From contig CAWIIP010000004.1 of assembly GCA_963836235.1 (NCBI GenBank), forward strand, positions 288,001 to 352,000: 64,000 nucleotides of DNA. Direction: 5' to 3'. Position 1 is the first letter of the stretch, and each line of letters opens with the position of its first letter. The notes beneath the pieces were generated by a model, which ran no database searches, was not told the DNA's origin, and saw nothing but the letters and a program-made list of their open reading frames with translations. Positions 17,946-26,788 of this stretch are shown piece by piece. The stretch comes from an uncultured Pseudomonadota bacterium (GTDB lineage: Bacteria; Oederibacteriota; Muellerivitia; Muellerivitales; Muellerivitaceae). The position numbers and the translations under genes are program-made.

Positions 17946-18722
17946 TTATCCCTTAGCCGATCCCTGACCGGCCGTCAGTTGTTTTTTCGTCTCTTGGATG
18001 TCGTATTTGAGGAACAGCTTCTCGAAGCTTTCCACCTTTTCCTTCTCCAGTATTGCCTTGGGCTCACCCGTGGCTAAAAGCCTGCCCTGCTCCAACACAT
18101 GCACCCGGTCGCATCGCTCGGCCTCGTCCATATAGGCGGTGGTGATGACGATGAGGATGCCTTCTTCCCGCAGTCGGTAGAGCATTTCCCAGAATTCCCT
18201 GCGGCTGATGGGGTCCACTCCGGTAGTTGGTTCGTCCAAAAGCACCAGGTTGGGGGATTGCAGCAGGGCGCACATGAGGCCCAGTTTTTTGTACATTCCG
18301 CCGGAAAGCTGGCCGGCGGGACGGTCTTGGAAGGGTTCCAAGCGGGTGATGTGCAGCAGCTCCTGACGGCGTTCCCGGTAGGTTTTTTCTGGTATTTGGT
18401 AGAGGTCCCGGAAAAAATCCAGGTGTTCGGACACGGACAAATCGGCGTAAAGGCTTTGAAGCTGGGGCATATAGGCCATGAGGGGCCGGATATTCTTAAA
18501 TGCCGTGGGTTTTCCATGGTCCCGGAAAATCACACGGCCCTCGGTGGGCTTCAAAAGCCCGATAAGGTGCCGCAACAGCGTGGTTTTGCCCGAACCTTCG
18601 GGGCCGATGAGGCCATGTAGTTGGCCTGGTTCCAAGGAAAGGCTCACGCCCTGAAGGGCCTGATGGGAGCCCATGAGTTTGGTGAGGTTCTCGATTTGAA
18701 TGCTGATCTTGGGATTTTTCAT
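17946..18722 (-). CDS. ABC transporter ATP-binding protein (YbhF N-half-like)
   Basis: GPEGSGKTT, LSGGM, LDEPTTGVDP, TTAYMDEAE. Confidence 0.93.
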   Translation of the reverse strand: MKNPKISIQIENLTKLMGSHQALQGVSLSLEPGQLHGLIGPEGSGKTTLLRHLIGLLKPTEGRVIFRDHGKPTAFKNIRPLMAYMPQLQSLYADLSVSEHLDFFRDLYQIPEKTYRERRQELLHITRLEPFQDRPAGQLSGGMYKKLGLMCALLQSPNLVLLDEPTTGVDPISRREFWEMLYRLREEGILIVITTAYMDEAERCDRVHVLEQGRLLATGEPKAILEKEKVESFEKLFLKYDIQETKKQLTAGQGSAKG

Positions 18723-18770
18723 GTAACCCTTTTCACCACCGAGGGGCAGTGGGCCTGCTTTTAAAAGAAC

Positions 18771-19502
18771 TCATTCCTTCGGCAAGCCTGCCTCCAAGGT
18801 CATGCCGGGTTTTAACAAGCCATCCGGATTATCAAAAGTAATCTTGACGGCGTAGACCAGGTTGGTTCTTTCCGTTTCGGTTTGCACGTTCTTGGGTGTG
18901 AATTCGGCCTCGTCGTTGATATGGGTGATCGCCCCTTGAAAAGTTTTCCCCTTCATCTCCGGTAAAGAGGCGTTCACTTTTTGGCCGTAGGAAAGCTTTG
19001 CCAGGATCGGCTGGGGCACGTAAAAGTAGCACCAAACCTGCCGCAGATCGGCCAAGGTAAAGAGTTTGGCGCCGGGGCCCACCCAATCGCCCGGTTCGTG
19101 GTATTTGGTGAGGATGGTGGCCGTCAAGGGGGCGGTGACGGAACACCACTGGACATGCAAATCCGCCAGCGCTTTTTGAGTTTTCAAGTGATTGAAGGTT
19201 TCCACCGGCATGGATCCCGCCTGGTAAAGCTTCAAACCCCTGGCGTAATCATCATTGGCGCTTTCTTGGGCCACTTTGTAATCCGGCCCGTCTAGCGTGA
19301 CCAGCGACTGTCCCAACGTGACGGCCTGCCCCTCGTCGGCCTGCAGGGAATTGACCGTGGAAGAAACCTGGGAGGCCACATCCACCTCGGTGGCTTCCAC
19401 CGTTCCGGCGTAAGCGAATTTGTTGTTTTGGATTCTCCAGTAAATCAGCGCCCCCAACCCTATAACGGCCAGGGGAATAATGAACTTCAGCCTTTTTTTC
19501 AT
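18771..19502 (-). CDS. HlyD/YbhG-type membrane fusion protein
   Basis: GTVEATEV and AEFTPKNVQT motifs. Confidence 0.9.
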   Translation of the reverse strand: MKKRLKFIIPLAVIGLGALIYWRIQNNKFAYAGTVEATEVDVASQVSSTVNSLQADEGQAVTLGQSLVTLDGPDYKVAQESANDDYARGLKLYQAGSMPVETFNHLKTQKALADLHVQWCSVTAPLTATILTKYHEPGDWVGPGAKLFTLADLRQVWCYFYVPQPILAKLSYGQKVNASLPEMKGKTFQGAITHINDEAEFTPKNVQTETERTNLVYAVKITFDNPDGLLKPGMTLEAGLPKE

Positions 19503-19506
19503 TTAT

Positions 19507-20958
19507 TTACTCCTTTCCCGCGAGGGACGATAAAACAGATAACTGCATCAGTATTTGAACATCGTTGGAAGCATCCTGGATCTTGGCGTCCAAAGCTTGA
19601 AAATTAGCCGTCTGGACTTCCAGGAAACGGACTGTCCCGGCTTTATAAGCCCCATAGGTAAGGTTGGCCAGTTGCTGCGTCTCGGACACGGCAGTTTCAT
19701 TCAAGGTTTGTTGGTATACCAGTGACCTTAAAGAATCGCCCGCCTTGTTCCAGTCCCTCCAAAGGTCGGATTTGGCCTGGTCTAGGTCCGCCAGATAGGC
19801 TTCGGATTGTTGGCGCTTGGAATCCGAATCTTTCACGATGGCCCCCCAATCGAAAAGGGGCATGCTGGCTGAAACCGAAATAATATTTTGTTGGATGGTT
19901 TCCAATATCGGGCCATCGGGATTTTCAAAACCGGCCTGGGCCGATAACGTAATTTTGGGCAAAAGCTCCGAACTTATCGCGTTTGCCGCGAAACGGGTGG
20001 AATCAGCCAGGTAAGCGTAGGTCTTGAGCTGGGGGACCGATTCGTCGGGTGGAACGGTGGCTTCCTTTTGAAGGGAATTTAGCGAATCCTTCACGGAATC
20101 CGTGGAAAGCCAAGCCGTGGGGTTTGGAACTCCCTCCGGGAGTCCCCCTTCCATATGACTATCGAGAGGCCGGGTAAAATCCGCCGGTTCTTTTTCTCCC
20201 ACCAAATCGAAAAGATTTCTTAAGGATTGGGCCAGGTTGGCTTGTGCCTGGATAAACTGCCGCTGGTAATTCAATACCTCTTGATGGGAAGACAACTGAT
20301 CCAGGCGGCTGGCCGTGCCAAAATGCGCTTGGTGGACAATGTCGGCATACTGGGCCTGGGCCACCTTGAGCGAATCCCCCAGGAGACGGACCTGTTCCAG
20401 GTTGATCTTCGATTGGAAATAGGCCAACCGGACGGCCAAGCGCAACTGCCGCTGGGCGGCTAGATATTGTTGTTCCTGCGATTGGGAAGCCGCCGTGGAG
20501 CTGTTGGCCAGGTTGTGTTGGGAACGGAAGTCCCACAGGTTCCAGTTCAAAGTGGCCTCGGCGCTCCAGTTATTGGCTTTCCCAAAAGGTTCCTGGGGGC
20601 CTTTCGGAATGATGGATAATTCGGGGACATAAGTTTGGTAGAAGTAGTTTCCGCTCAACCCCAGCCGGGGTAACTCGGCCGCACCCATGGAACCGGCTTC
20701 ACTTCGGGCGGTTTCGTAGCCCAACCTAGCCGCCTGAAGTTGGGTGGAATTTTTAAAAGCGAGTTGAACCAAATCGGAAAGCGACAGGGCCATACGGGTG
20801 GCGGGCCTTTGATTTGGGTTGTTTTGAGGGGCAAAGGCCTCCACCTGACCCATCGGGATGAAGGGAGCGGGAGTGGAAATTTCAGTCGGGTTGGGATGGA
20901 TTTGAGCCCAAACCCGAACCGGGAAGATCAAGATCAGAAATGCCAGTGTTTTTTTCAT
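19507..20958 (-). CDS. TolC-family outer membrane efflux protein
   Basis: Signal peptide, two OEP repeats (LPRLGLS...WNLWD; LPKITLS...MPLFD). Confidence 0.9.
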   Translation of the reverse strand: MKKTLAFLILIFPVRVWAQIHPNPTEISTPAPFIPMGQVEAFAPQNNPNQRPATRMALSLSDLVQLAFKNSTQLQAARLGYETARSEAGSMGAAELPRLGLSGNYFYQTYVPELSIIPKGPQEPFGKANNWSAEATLNWNLWDFRSQHNLANSSTAASQSQEQQYLAAQRQLRLAVRLAYFQSKINLEQVRLLGDSLKVAQAQYADIVHQAHFGTASRLDQLSSHQEVLNYQRQFIQAQANLAQSLRNLFDLVGEKEPADFTRPLDSHMEGGLPEGVPNPTAWLSTDSVKDSLNSLQKEATVPPDESVPQLKTYAYLADSTRFAANAISSELLPKITLSAQAGFENPDGPILETIQQNIISVSASMPLFDWGAIVKDSDSKRQQSEAYLADLDQAKSDLWRDWNKAGDSLRSLVYQQTLNETAVSETQQLANLTYGAYKAGTVRFLEVQTANFQALDAKIQDASNDVQILMQLSVLSSLAGKE

Positions 20959-21602
20959 GACTTCGGTCCTTTCCGAGGGGCGAGCGATTCCAGCATCAGA
21001 TCTATCCTGGCCGCTAGCGCCTTATCCGAGGCGATGGCGACTTTGACCACCGCCAGGGGGATGAAACGCAAACTTTTTACCTCCAGGTGCTCCAGCAGGG
21101 CCACCATGATCAACGGAAAAAGACAAGCCCCCATGAGCACCGGCATGATGGAAGGCAGGGCCATTTTGCGAAGCGAACCTTCCTTTTGGCATTGCCTCAC
21201 CAGTCCCACGATGACCAGGCCGTGACGGGGAGCGTTGGATTTCACAAAGTCCAAAACCACCCGGTTCTTGTTCAATATGTCGTGAAGGATTCCCAGGAGC
21301 ATCCGGCGATTCGCACCCACGAAATGGCCCAAGGTCAGGAGGGCGGAGCGGAGCCTTTCCAGGGCAGGGCTATCCCCTGAGGTTTCCAGGGAAAACTCGC
21401 GAAAAAACTTCTCGTAAGTGTCCTGTAAAACCGTCCGGGTGAACTGGTCCTTGGTCTTGAAGTGATAGTGGAACATGCCCAAGTTGACGCCGGCTTTTTT
21501 AGCAACCTGGCGAAGGTTCATCCCGGTGATGCCGGATTGGGATAGAAGGTTCCTGGCGGCCTCGATGAGCCGCTGGTCGGTGTTTCCAGAAGGTCTCGAC
21601 AT
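20955..21602 (-). CDS. TetR/AcrR-family regulator
   Basis: LRQVAKKAGVNLGMFHYHFKTKD; GAGG RBS before ATG 21602. Confidence 0.92.
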   Translation of the reverse strand: MSRPSGNTDQRLIEAARNLLSQSGITGMNLRQVAKKAGVNLGMFHYHFKTKDQFTRTVLQDTYEKFFREFSLETSGDSPALERLRSALLTLGHFVGANRRMLLGILHDILNKNRVVLDFVKSNAPRHGLVIVGLVRQCQKEGSLRKMALPSIMPVLMGACLFPLIMVALLEHLEVKSLRFIPLAVVKVAIASDKALAARIDLMLESLAPRKGPKS

Positions 21603-21630
21603 TTTTTCCTCTTTGAGCCTATAAAGAATT

Positions 21631-21662
21631 CTATACGATTGTATAGTTATACAACTGTATAG
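21631..21662. promoter_or_regulatory. Tandem putative TetR operators TATAC-N4-GTATA
   Basis: Two adjacent palindromes, 21632-21645 and 21648-21661, just upstream of the TetR gene. Confidence 0.7.
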
Positions 21663-21753
21663 AAAAAAGCAAGAATGATTCAAAATATTGATTCGCGACT
21701 AGTTTTTTAAATATCCTCGGTGAATTTAATCATCTTGAGCGTCGCCCTATGTT

Positions 21754-22410
21754 TTAGGGAACGGGAGTTGTTTCGGTCTGTCTGGCCAGTTGGACCGGTT
21801 GCGGGCGTTCTTTCAATGCTTCGGCTTGGCGGCGCAGGATTTCCCGCCGCACGGCGTCCAATAAATCCTTCACACCACCGCGCATGTAATCGCCCGCGAA
21901 AGGAGCGTCGAAGTTTTGCTTGGCTTTCAAGCTATAAATGATTTCCAATCCCTTGACGGGGTCGGGAACCAATTGCCAGGAGCCCTCGTAAAACGCGAAG
22001 TCCTTGTGGTCGGTATCGGTGAAATTGATCGATTGGTACCAGGATTCGTGGACGTCCAAGAGGACGTGGACCCGCTTGGTGAAGAAAAGGAAGCCGCCCT
22101 CAAAATCCTGTTCCAAAAGGAAATGGTAGGGGCCTAAATCCTCGGTTACATGGCTTTTTTTCAGGCTTCCCACGAACTTGGGAATATGTTCGTAACCTGT
22201 CAAAACATCCCAAACGGAGGGGGTATCGTTGGCGACATAAAAAGAACCGTTGATGTCATAAGCATGGTCCTTTTCCTGGAAGGCGAGTGACACGGGATCG
22301 GCGGCTTGGCCTGCGCCGCAGGAGAGGGCGACGCAGACGGCCACCATCGCAGCCCTGAGAAGAAGCTGACGATGAATTCTTTTTGTTGTCGTGGAGGGCA
22401 TTGTTTTCAT
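21754..22410 (-). CDS. Exported SRPBCC/START (polyketide cyclase / Coq10-like) protein
   Basis: Signal peptide; VWDVLTGYEHIPKFV and DFAFYEGSWQL. Confidence 0.8.
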   Translation of the reverse strand: MKTMPSTTTKRIHRQLLLRAAMVAVCVALSCGAGQAADPVSLAFQEKDHAYDINGSFYVANDTPSVWDVLTGYEHIPKFVGSLKKSHVTEDLGPYHFLLEQDFEGGFLFFTKRVHVLLDVHESWYQSINFTDTDHKDFAFYEGSWQLVPDPVKGLEIIYSLKAKQNFDAPFAGDYMRGGVKDLLDAVRREILRRQAEALKERPQPVQLARQTETTPVP

Positions 22411-22505
22411 TCTCTCTTATTTTTCCCCTAAAGGGGAGCCCTTCCGAAGAGGGGCCCTCCATTAGGGGCCCCGGCTATCCCGCCGGGGCGCCTTTCAACC
22501 CAGCC

Positions 22506-23936
22506 TTAGAACTGCAACTGGAGCTGCATCCGACCCACGGGCACGAAGCCAATGCGGGTGTTGGGGCTGTTGATGCCGGAGTTGGCTGATCCGGGCATTT
22601 CGGCCACCAGGTACTTGCCGTCGTCGCTGTGCACTTCCGGCGTGTTGAACATGAACAGGGTCTCGGCCACTAGTTTCAAGTCGCTGTTGACGTGCAGGGT
22701 GATGGACGGCAGGGTCAGGTCAAAGATGGGGTCGCTGTTCACGAAGATCGGGGCGTAGAAGGTGCCGGCAATCGGGGTCCCATTCAAATTCCGCTTCGTG
22801 TAAGTGCCCACCATGTTGGTGTCGGGAACGACGACGGAGAGACGGCCGGCCACTTCCCAGGGGTTGTCGCCCACGGAGACGATGACTTCGCCGCCGCCGA
22901 TGTTGATGGAGTTTTGCTGGCCGGCGGTCACTGGAACGCCGTTGACCGCCGCCGGGGCGGCCTCATAAGGGATGGCCGAGGTAACGGTCATGTCATAATG
23001 CGCGACCATGACTTGGCCCGTCGCGGTGAAGGTCGTATCCGCCAAGGGAGCCCGGATTTGGAGGTCCGCCCCATATTGCCAATAGTTGGCGTGGACGGGA
23101 TTGGCTCCGGCGTTCCCCAGGTAGGGGTTGAACACCGAGGAAATCAAGACGTTCCCGTATTGGCTGTTGGCGTTGTAGGTGGCCAGGTAACCGCCACCCA
23201 AGGCCAAATCGTCGCTATGTCCCGCGTTGCTGTCCGCCGCCAAATAACCGGTCAGATGGCCGGCCCATTCCAGCTTGGTCGGCTTGTCGAAACCGGTTTG
23301 TTTGGGATGGAAGGGGTCGTCGGTGATCCCGTCGTTGATCCCAACCCGCAGGAACATGGGGGTGGGGAAGTTCAAGACTTCCGGCAAGTAGCGTTGAACC
23401 ACATCCGGCCCGCCTTGGACCAAACCAAACTGCCCGTCCAAGCTGCCCAGGTGCCCAAAGAGGGCCACGCCCGTGTCATAGCCTTGGTTGAAGAACAGGT
23501 TGAACATCGGGTCCTTTTCGCTGAAAAGCTGGTTGCCCTCATAGACAGCGCTTTCCAGGTTTCCCGGCACCTTGAACTGCCCGACTTTCCCGGTGATCAT
23601 ATCGGGGATAATCGGCAGGTCGATACTGGCATCCAACAGGTTCAACTGGTTGTTGCTGCTGTTGATGGCTTCGCCGCCGAAGGCTACCTCGAAGTTCCAC
23701 TTGATGTCTTTATAAGTTCCGCTGGTGAAGAGGCGGTCTTCCTCATCCCACAGGTATAACCGGAAATGGTCCCGGACATTGTCATCCGATACGATTTCCG
23801 CATCGCCCATGACCTGGATCCGTCCGCCGAACGACAGGTCAAGATCGTCGTTCTTAAAGATTTCGGCCGCTTTCCCGTGGGTGGTGAAGCCCAGAAGCAT
23901 CACCAACGCCATCATCCATTTCTTAAAGTGTTTCAT
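22506..23936 (-). CDS. Outer membrane beta-barrel (porin O/P-like)
   Basis: Signal peptide; GRIQ, LLDASID, KVGQFKVP, GYDTGV; C-terminal LQLQF; AGGAGG RBS. Confidence 0.75.
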   Translation of the reverse strand: MKHFKKWMMALVMLLGFTTHGKAAEIFKNDDLDLSFGGRIQVMGDAEIVSDDNVRDHFRLYLWDEEDRLFTSGTYKDIKWNFEVAFGGEAINSSNNQLNLLDASIDLPIIPDMITGKVGQFKVPGNLESAVYEGNQLFSEKDPMFNLFFNQGYDTGVALFGHLGSLDGQFGLVQGGPDVVQRYLPEVLNFPTPMFLRVGINDGITDDPFHPKQTGFDKPTKLEWAGHLTGYLAADSNAGHSDDLALGGGYLATYNANSQYGNVLISSVFNPYLGNAGANPVHANYWQYGADLQIRAPLADTTFTATGQVMVAHYDMTVTSAIPYEAAPAAVNGVPVTAGQQNSINIGGGEVIVSVGDNPWEVAGRLSVVVPDTNMVGTYTKRNLNGTPIAGTFYAPIFVNSDPIFDLTLPSITLHVNSDLKLVAETLFMFNTPEVHSDDGKYLVAEMPGSANSGINSPNTRIGFVPVGRMQLQLQF

Positions 23937-24036
23937 AACCACTCCTCCTTTTTATTTAACTGCAGCAACTTTTTAAACTTCCCTACAACTCAACTTCCGC
24001 CGGTTACCCGGAGTCAAACCTTTCCGCCCTGGTCGC

Positions 24037-24750
24037 TTATTTCGTGGCGGGCGCGAAAACAACGTCGTAATGGATCTCAATCTCATCCGTGCAGGTGATA
24101 GACGTCACCAGCAGGGAGATAGACGGGGGTTTCACCTTGTAATCCGACATTTTCAGTTTCTGTACCCCTTTGAGATGTATCTGATTCCCTTTAATCTCCG
24201 TTTCGGCGGACAAGGTAACGGGAGCCGTGGCCCCGGCGATCGTCAAGTTTCCCTCCGCGGTCATGAGATTATCCTTGAGGGTCTCATTTTCGAGTTCGAA
24301 TTCGATGGAGGGATTATCTTTGGCTAGGAGAGCTTTGTAGGCATTGTCATCCAATCCTGATTCCCGAGATTTCAAGTTAGTCACAGGAACCACTAATGTC
24401 ATCGAATCCACCCCATCGTTCTTAAGGGATTTGGCTAGATCCCCCTTGGGGGATTTCAAGACCGCTGAGCCTAAAAGGCTATTGGCGTGCATTTGGTATT
24501 TGTGAAGGGTTGAATCGCCTTCCAAATAGAGCACGCTTCCCGCTTGGAGGACCAATCCTTCCTTGGACTGGGAATCAGCGGGACCCACAATTGTGGCCGC
24601 CTTTTCGTACCAAGGGGTATAGCCCTGCATCAGCTGGTTTCCGCTGGAGGAGGCCGCCCCCGGGGTGGTTTGGCCTTCGGCCAAAACCGTCAAAGCTGAG
24701 GCCGTTGCCAGGCCCATCGTCGTGATTAAAGTCAGTGTTAATCTTTTCAT
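24037..24750 (-). CDS. YceI-family periplasmic lipid/polyisoprenoid-binding protein
   Basis: GDSTLH, VPVTNLKS...LD, GNLTIAG, KMSDYKVKPP. Confidence 0.85.
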   Translation of the reverse strand: MKRLTLTLITTMGLATASALTVLAEGQTTPGAASSSGNQLMQGYTPWYEKAATIVGPADSQSKEGLVLQAGSVLYLEGDSTLHKYQMHANSLLGSAVLKSPKGDLAKSLKNDGVDSMTLVVPVTNLKSRESGLDDNAYKALLAKDNPSIEFELENETLKDNLMTAEGNLTIAGATAPVTLSAETEIKGNQIHLKGVQKLKMSDYKVKPPSISLLVTSITCTDEIEIHYDVVFAPATK

Positions 24751-24831
24751 TGTGTCTCCTCTTTTGTAATTAATGGTACCGAAAATTTTTTATCGACACT
24801 GCGCATCATGCCGACGATCTCAAAATTTATT

Positions 24832-24847
24832 TATGAGCTAAGTCATA
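24832..24847. promoter_or_regulatory. Crp/Fnr-type box
   Basis: TATGA-gctaag-TCATA; minus-strand CATGAT at the class II -10 position (24810-24805). Confidence 0.75.
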
Positions 24848-24892
24848 TAAAAAATTTATTTCGCTTGTTCTCCGTCGGCATTAAATTGAAAA

Positions 24893-24907
24893 GCAAGGGA
24901 AGTGCCA
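24893..24907 (-). promoter_or_regulatory. Sigma-54 promoter of the yceI-porin-SRPBCC unit
   Basis: TGGCACTTCCCTTGC(T), matching the consensus TGGCAC-N5-TTGCW. Confidence 0.85.
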
Positions 24908-24961
24908 GTCGAATAAGGTTGAAATTGCGGGTTTTAAAGGAGAATCGAGTTTTATATTTAT

Positions 24962-24998
24962 GGAGTTATGGCATCCCCGCCATAGCGTTCACGCCATA
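24962..24998. promoter_or_regulatory. Putative enhancer TATGGC-N6-GCCATA
   Basis: GGAGTTATGGC-atcccc-GCCATAGC-N6-GCCATA. Confidence 0.75.
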
Positions 24999-25045
24999 AT
25001 GACTTGCGGTTGGATAAAAAAGTCTGTCCCCATAAAAATAATTTA

Positions 25046-25061
25046 TATGATCTGCGTCATA
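25046..25061. promoter_or_regulatory. Crp/Fnr-type box
   Basis: TATGA-tctgcg-TCATA. Confidence 0.7.
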
Positions 25062-25310
25062 GATTCCGGTCTGAAAAAGCGAAAATTGAATCGGAATGCA
25101 CTTAGAAGTAAACCTCCGTCGGGCAATATGGAAAGTCCTTGGGTTATGTGCGGATAAATTATTTGGCGCTTTCGATTTCCCGGGGGAGGCCACCCGCCAC
25201 CAATCAATCAAGGTTTGTCATGCGAAAACCCGACTTGGTTCGTCCATTTTCCACAACCGATTTTTCATAATGAAGTCAAAACAACATGATGAAGAAAGAA
25301 AACAAGACAA

Positions 25311-25326
25311 TATGATCTCCGTCATA
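25311..25326. promoter_or_regulatory. Crp/Fnr-type box upstream of the kinase gene
   Basis: GACAA-TATGA-tctccg-TCATA-TTGTC extended palindrome. Confidence 0.75.
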
Positions 25327-25391
25327 TTGTCGCTCTGCTTTTGTAGGATCATATTCCTGGACGATATTCACAATTCAAGTGGAGGAAGTCT

Positions 25392-26771
25392 GTGCCGCCA
25401 TTTTGGGGAGAAGGAATTTACGCTAAAAAAGGCGGCTGGTTCATCGGATTGAGATGGATGGCTATCGCCGGTGGATTGTTGATCCTGCTAATCGCCCCCT
25501 TTTTGGTTCCTTTGAATATTAGATATGAAAGGCTTGTGGCTGTTCTCCTTTTTGGGGGAGTGTTGAATGGACTTTATCTTTGGTACTGGAATCGCTTAAA
25601 GCAAAGGGGCTTTCTCCAAACGGAATGGACTAAAAAGGCGGAATGGTTCCTCCATATTCAAATGGGTGGGGATCTTTTAGCCCTCACCTTGCTCCTTTTT
25701 TTCAGTGGTGGTTCCAACAATCCCCTCGTTTTTTTCTTTCTTTTTCACCTCGCTATTGGCGCCATTCTTTTCGACCGCAAGCAGAGCTTGCCTTATGCCC
25801 TGGCCGCTCTTGCCATCCCCTGGATGCTTTATTGGGTAGAACCCTTGACCAATCCAACACAGAATCTTTGGAAAGGACTCGGGGAAATACAACCTGAGCA
25901 CCAAAAGGCAATTCTTTTAGCCTATTCCCTGACCGTGGCTGGCCTTTGGTTTTTCCTGGCTAACTTGGCTGAGGACCTTCGGGAAAAGGAACGGAACCTA
26001 TGGGAGACGGGGGAAAAGCTGCATTTGGCCAATGAGGAACTAAAAGAACTGGATGTTTTTAAAAACCGCTTCCTCAAACAAGTGGTAATGCAGGTTAAGG
26101 ATCCCTTAATGGAAGTGGGGTTGGAATTGGGAAAAGTAGAGAAATCTTTGACTCATCCCGATGATCCTTCTTTAAAAGCGTTGGATACGGCCAAAAAGCA
26201 AATTTGGGCGCTTTTGCAGCTGATCGAGGATTTGGTTTGGATTTCCAGGACCCGGGCCCAGGACAGTTCCTTCAAAAGGAATTGGGTGGATGTTTACGAA
26301 ACGTTAAGGAAATGCATTCAGTCGAAAGAAGCCGAGGTAGAAGCAAAAGGAATTCATTTCCAACTTCACGGTGAGCCTCAAGTCCGATTAAGGGCCGATC
26401 AGGAATCTTTTCAGAAAGTCGCGGATAATTTGATCGCCAACGCTGTCCAATATACTCCGGAAGGTTGGGGGGATATTCTCGTGGAGTTTAAGATGGAGGG
26501 GGACTGGATGGAGTTTGCCGTGGAAGACCAAGGCATAGGCATTTCTCCCAAAAACCAGAAAAATTTATTCCAAGAGTTCTATCGTGGCTCCAACGCCAAG
26601 CGACAGGAGAAATTTGGAACGGGTTTAGGACTTTCCATCGTCAAATCGATAATCGACTTGCACGGGGGAAAGATTCAGGTGCGTAGCGAACCCAAGAAGG
26701 GAACCAGGGTGGATACCTGGTGGCCTCATGTTCATGAAGAGCCCAGTCCGGAACCGATCAAGATTACTTAG
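25392..26771 (+). CDS. Membrane sensor histidine kinase-like protein lacking the phospho-acceptor His
   Basis: TM N-terminus (LRWMAI); intact N, G1, F and G2 boxes; H-box reads FLKQVVMQVKDPL. Confidence 0.85.
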   Translation: MPPFWGEGIYAKKGGWFIGLRWMAIAGGLLILLIAPFLVPLNIRYERLVAVLLFGGVLNGLYLWYWNRLKQRGFLQTEWTKKAEWFLHIQMGGDLLALTLLLFFSGGSNNPLVFFFLFHLAIGAILFDRKQSLPYALAALAIPWMLYWVEPLTNPTQNLWKGLGEIQPEHQKAILLAYSLTVAGLWFFLANLAEDLREKERNLWETGEKLHLANEELKELDVFKNRFLKQVVMQVKDPLMEVGLELGKVEKSLTHPDDPSLKALDTAKKQIWALLQLIEDLVWISRTRAQDSSFKRNWVDVYETLRKCIQSKEAEVEAKGIHFQLHGEPQVRLRADQESFQKVADNLIANAVQYTPEGWGDILVEFKMEGDWMEFAVEDQGIGISPKNQKNLFQEFYRGSNAKRQEKFGTGLGLSIVKSIIDLHGGKIQVRSEPKKGTRVDTWWPHVHEEPSPEPIKIT

Positions 26772-26788
26772 ATTTATTAAAAAATATT

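Noticed and set aside
22692-23759. Long antisense ORFs (also 35763-36575, 30818-31477, 61230-61937)
   Set aside because: Shadows of codon-biased genes on the opposite strand; no motifs or RBS.
25009-25255. oriC: three DnaA-box-like 9-mers where gene orientation switches
   Set aside because: Each has 1-2 mismatches, no dnaA/dnaN/gid nearby, and by eye the plus strand is G-rich on both sides. A computed GC skew would settle it.
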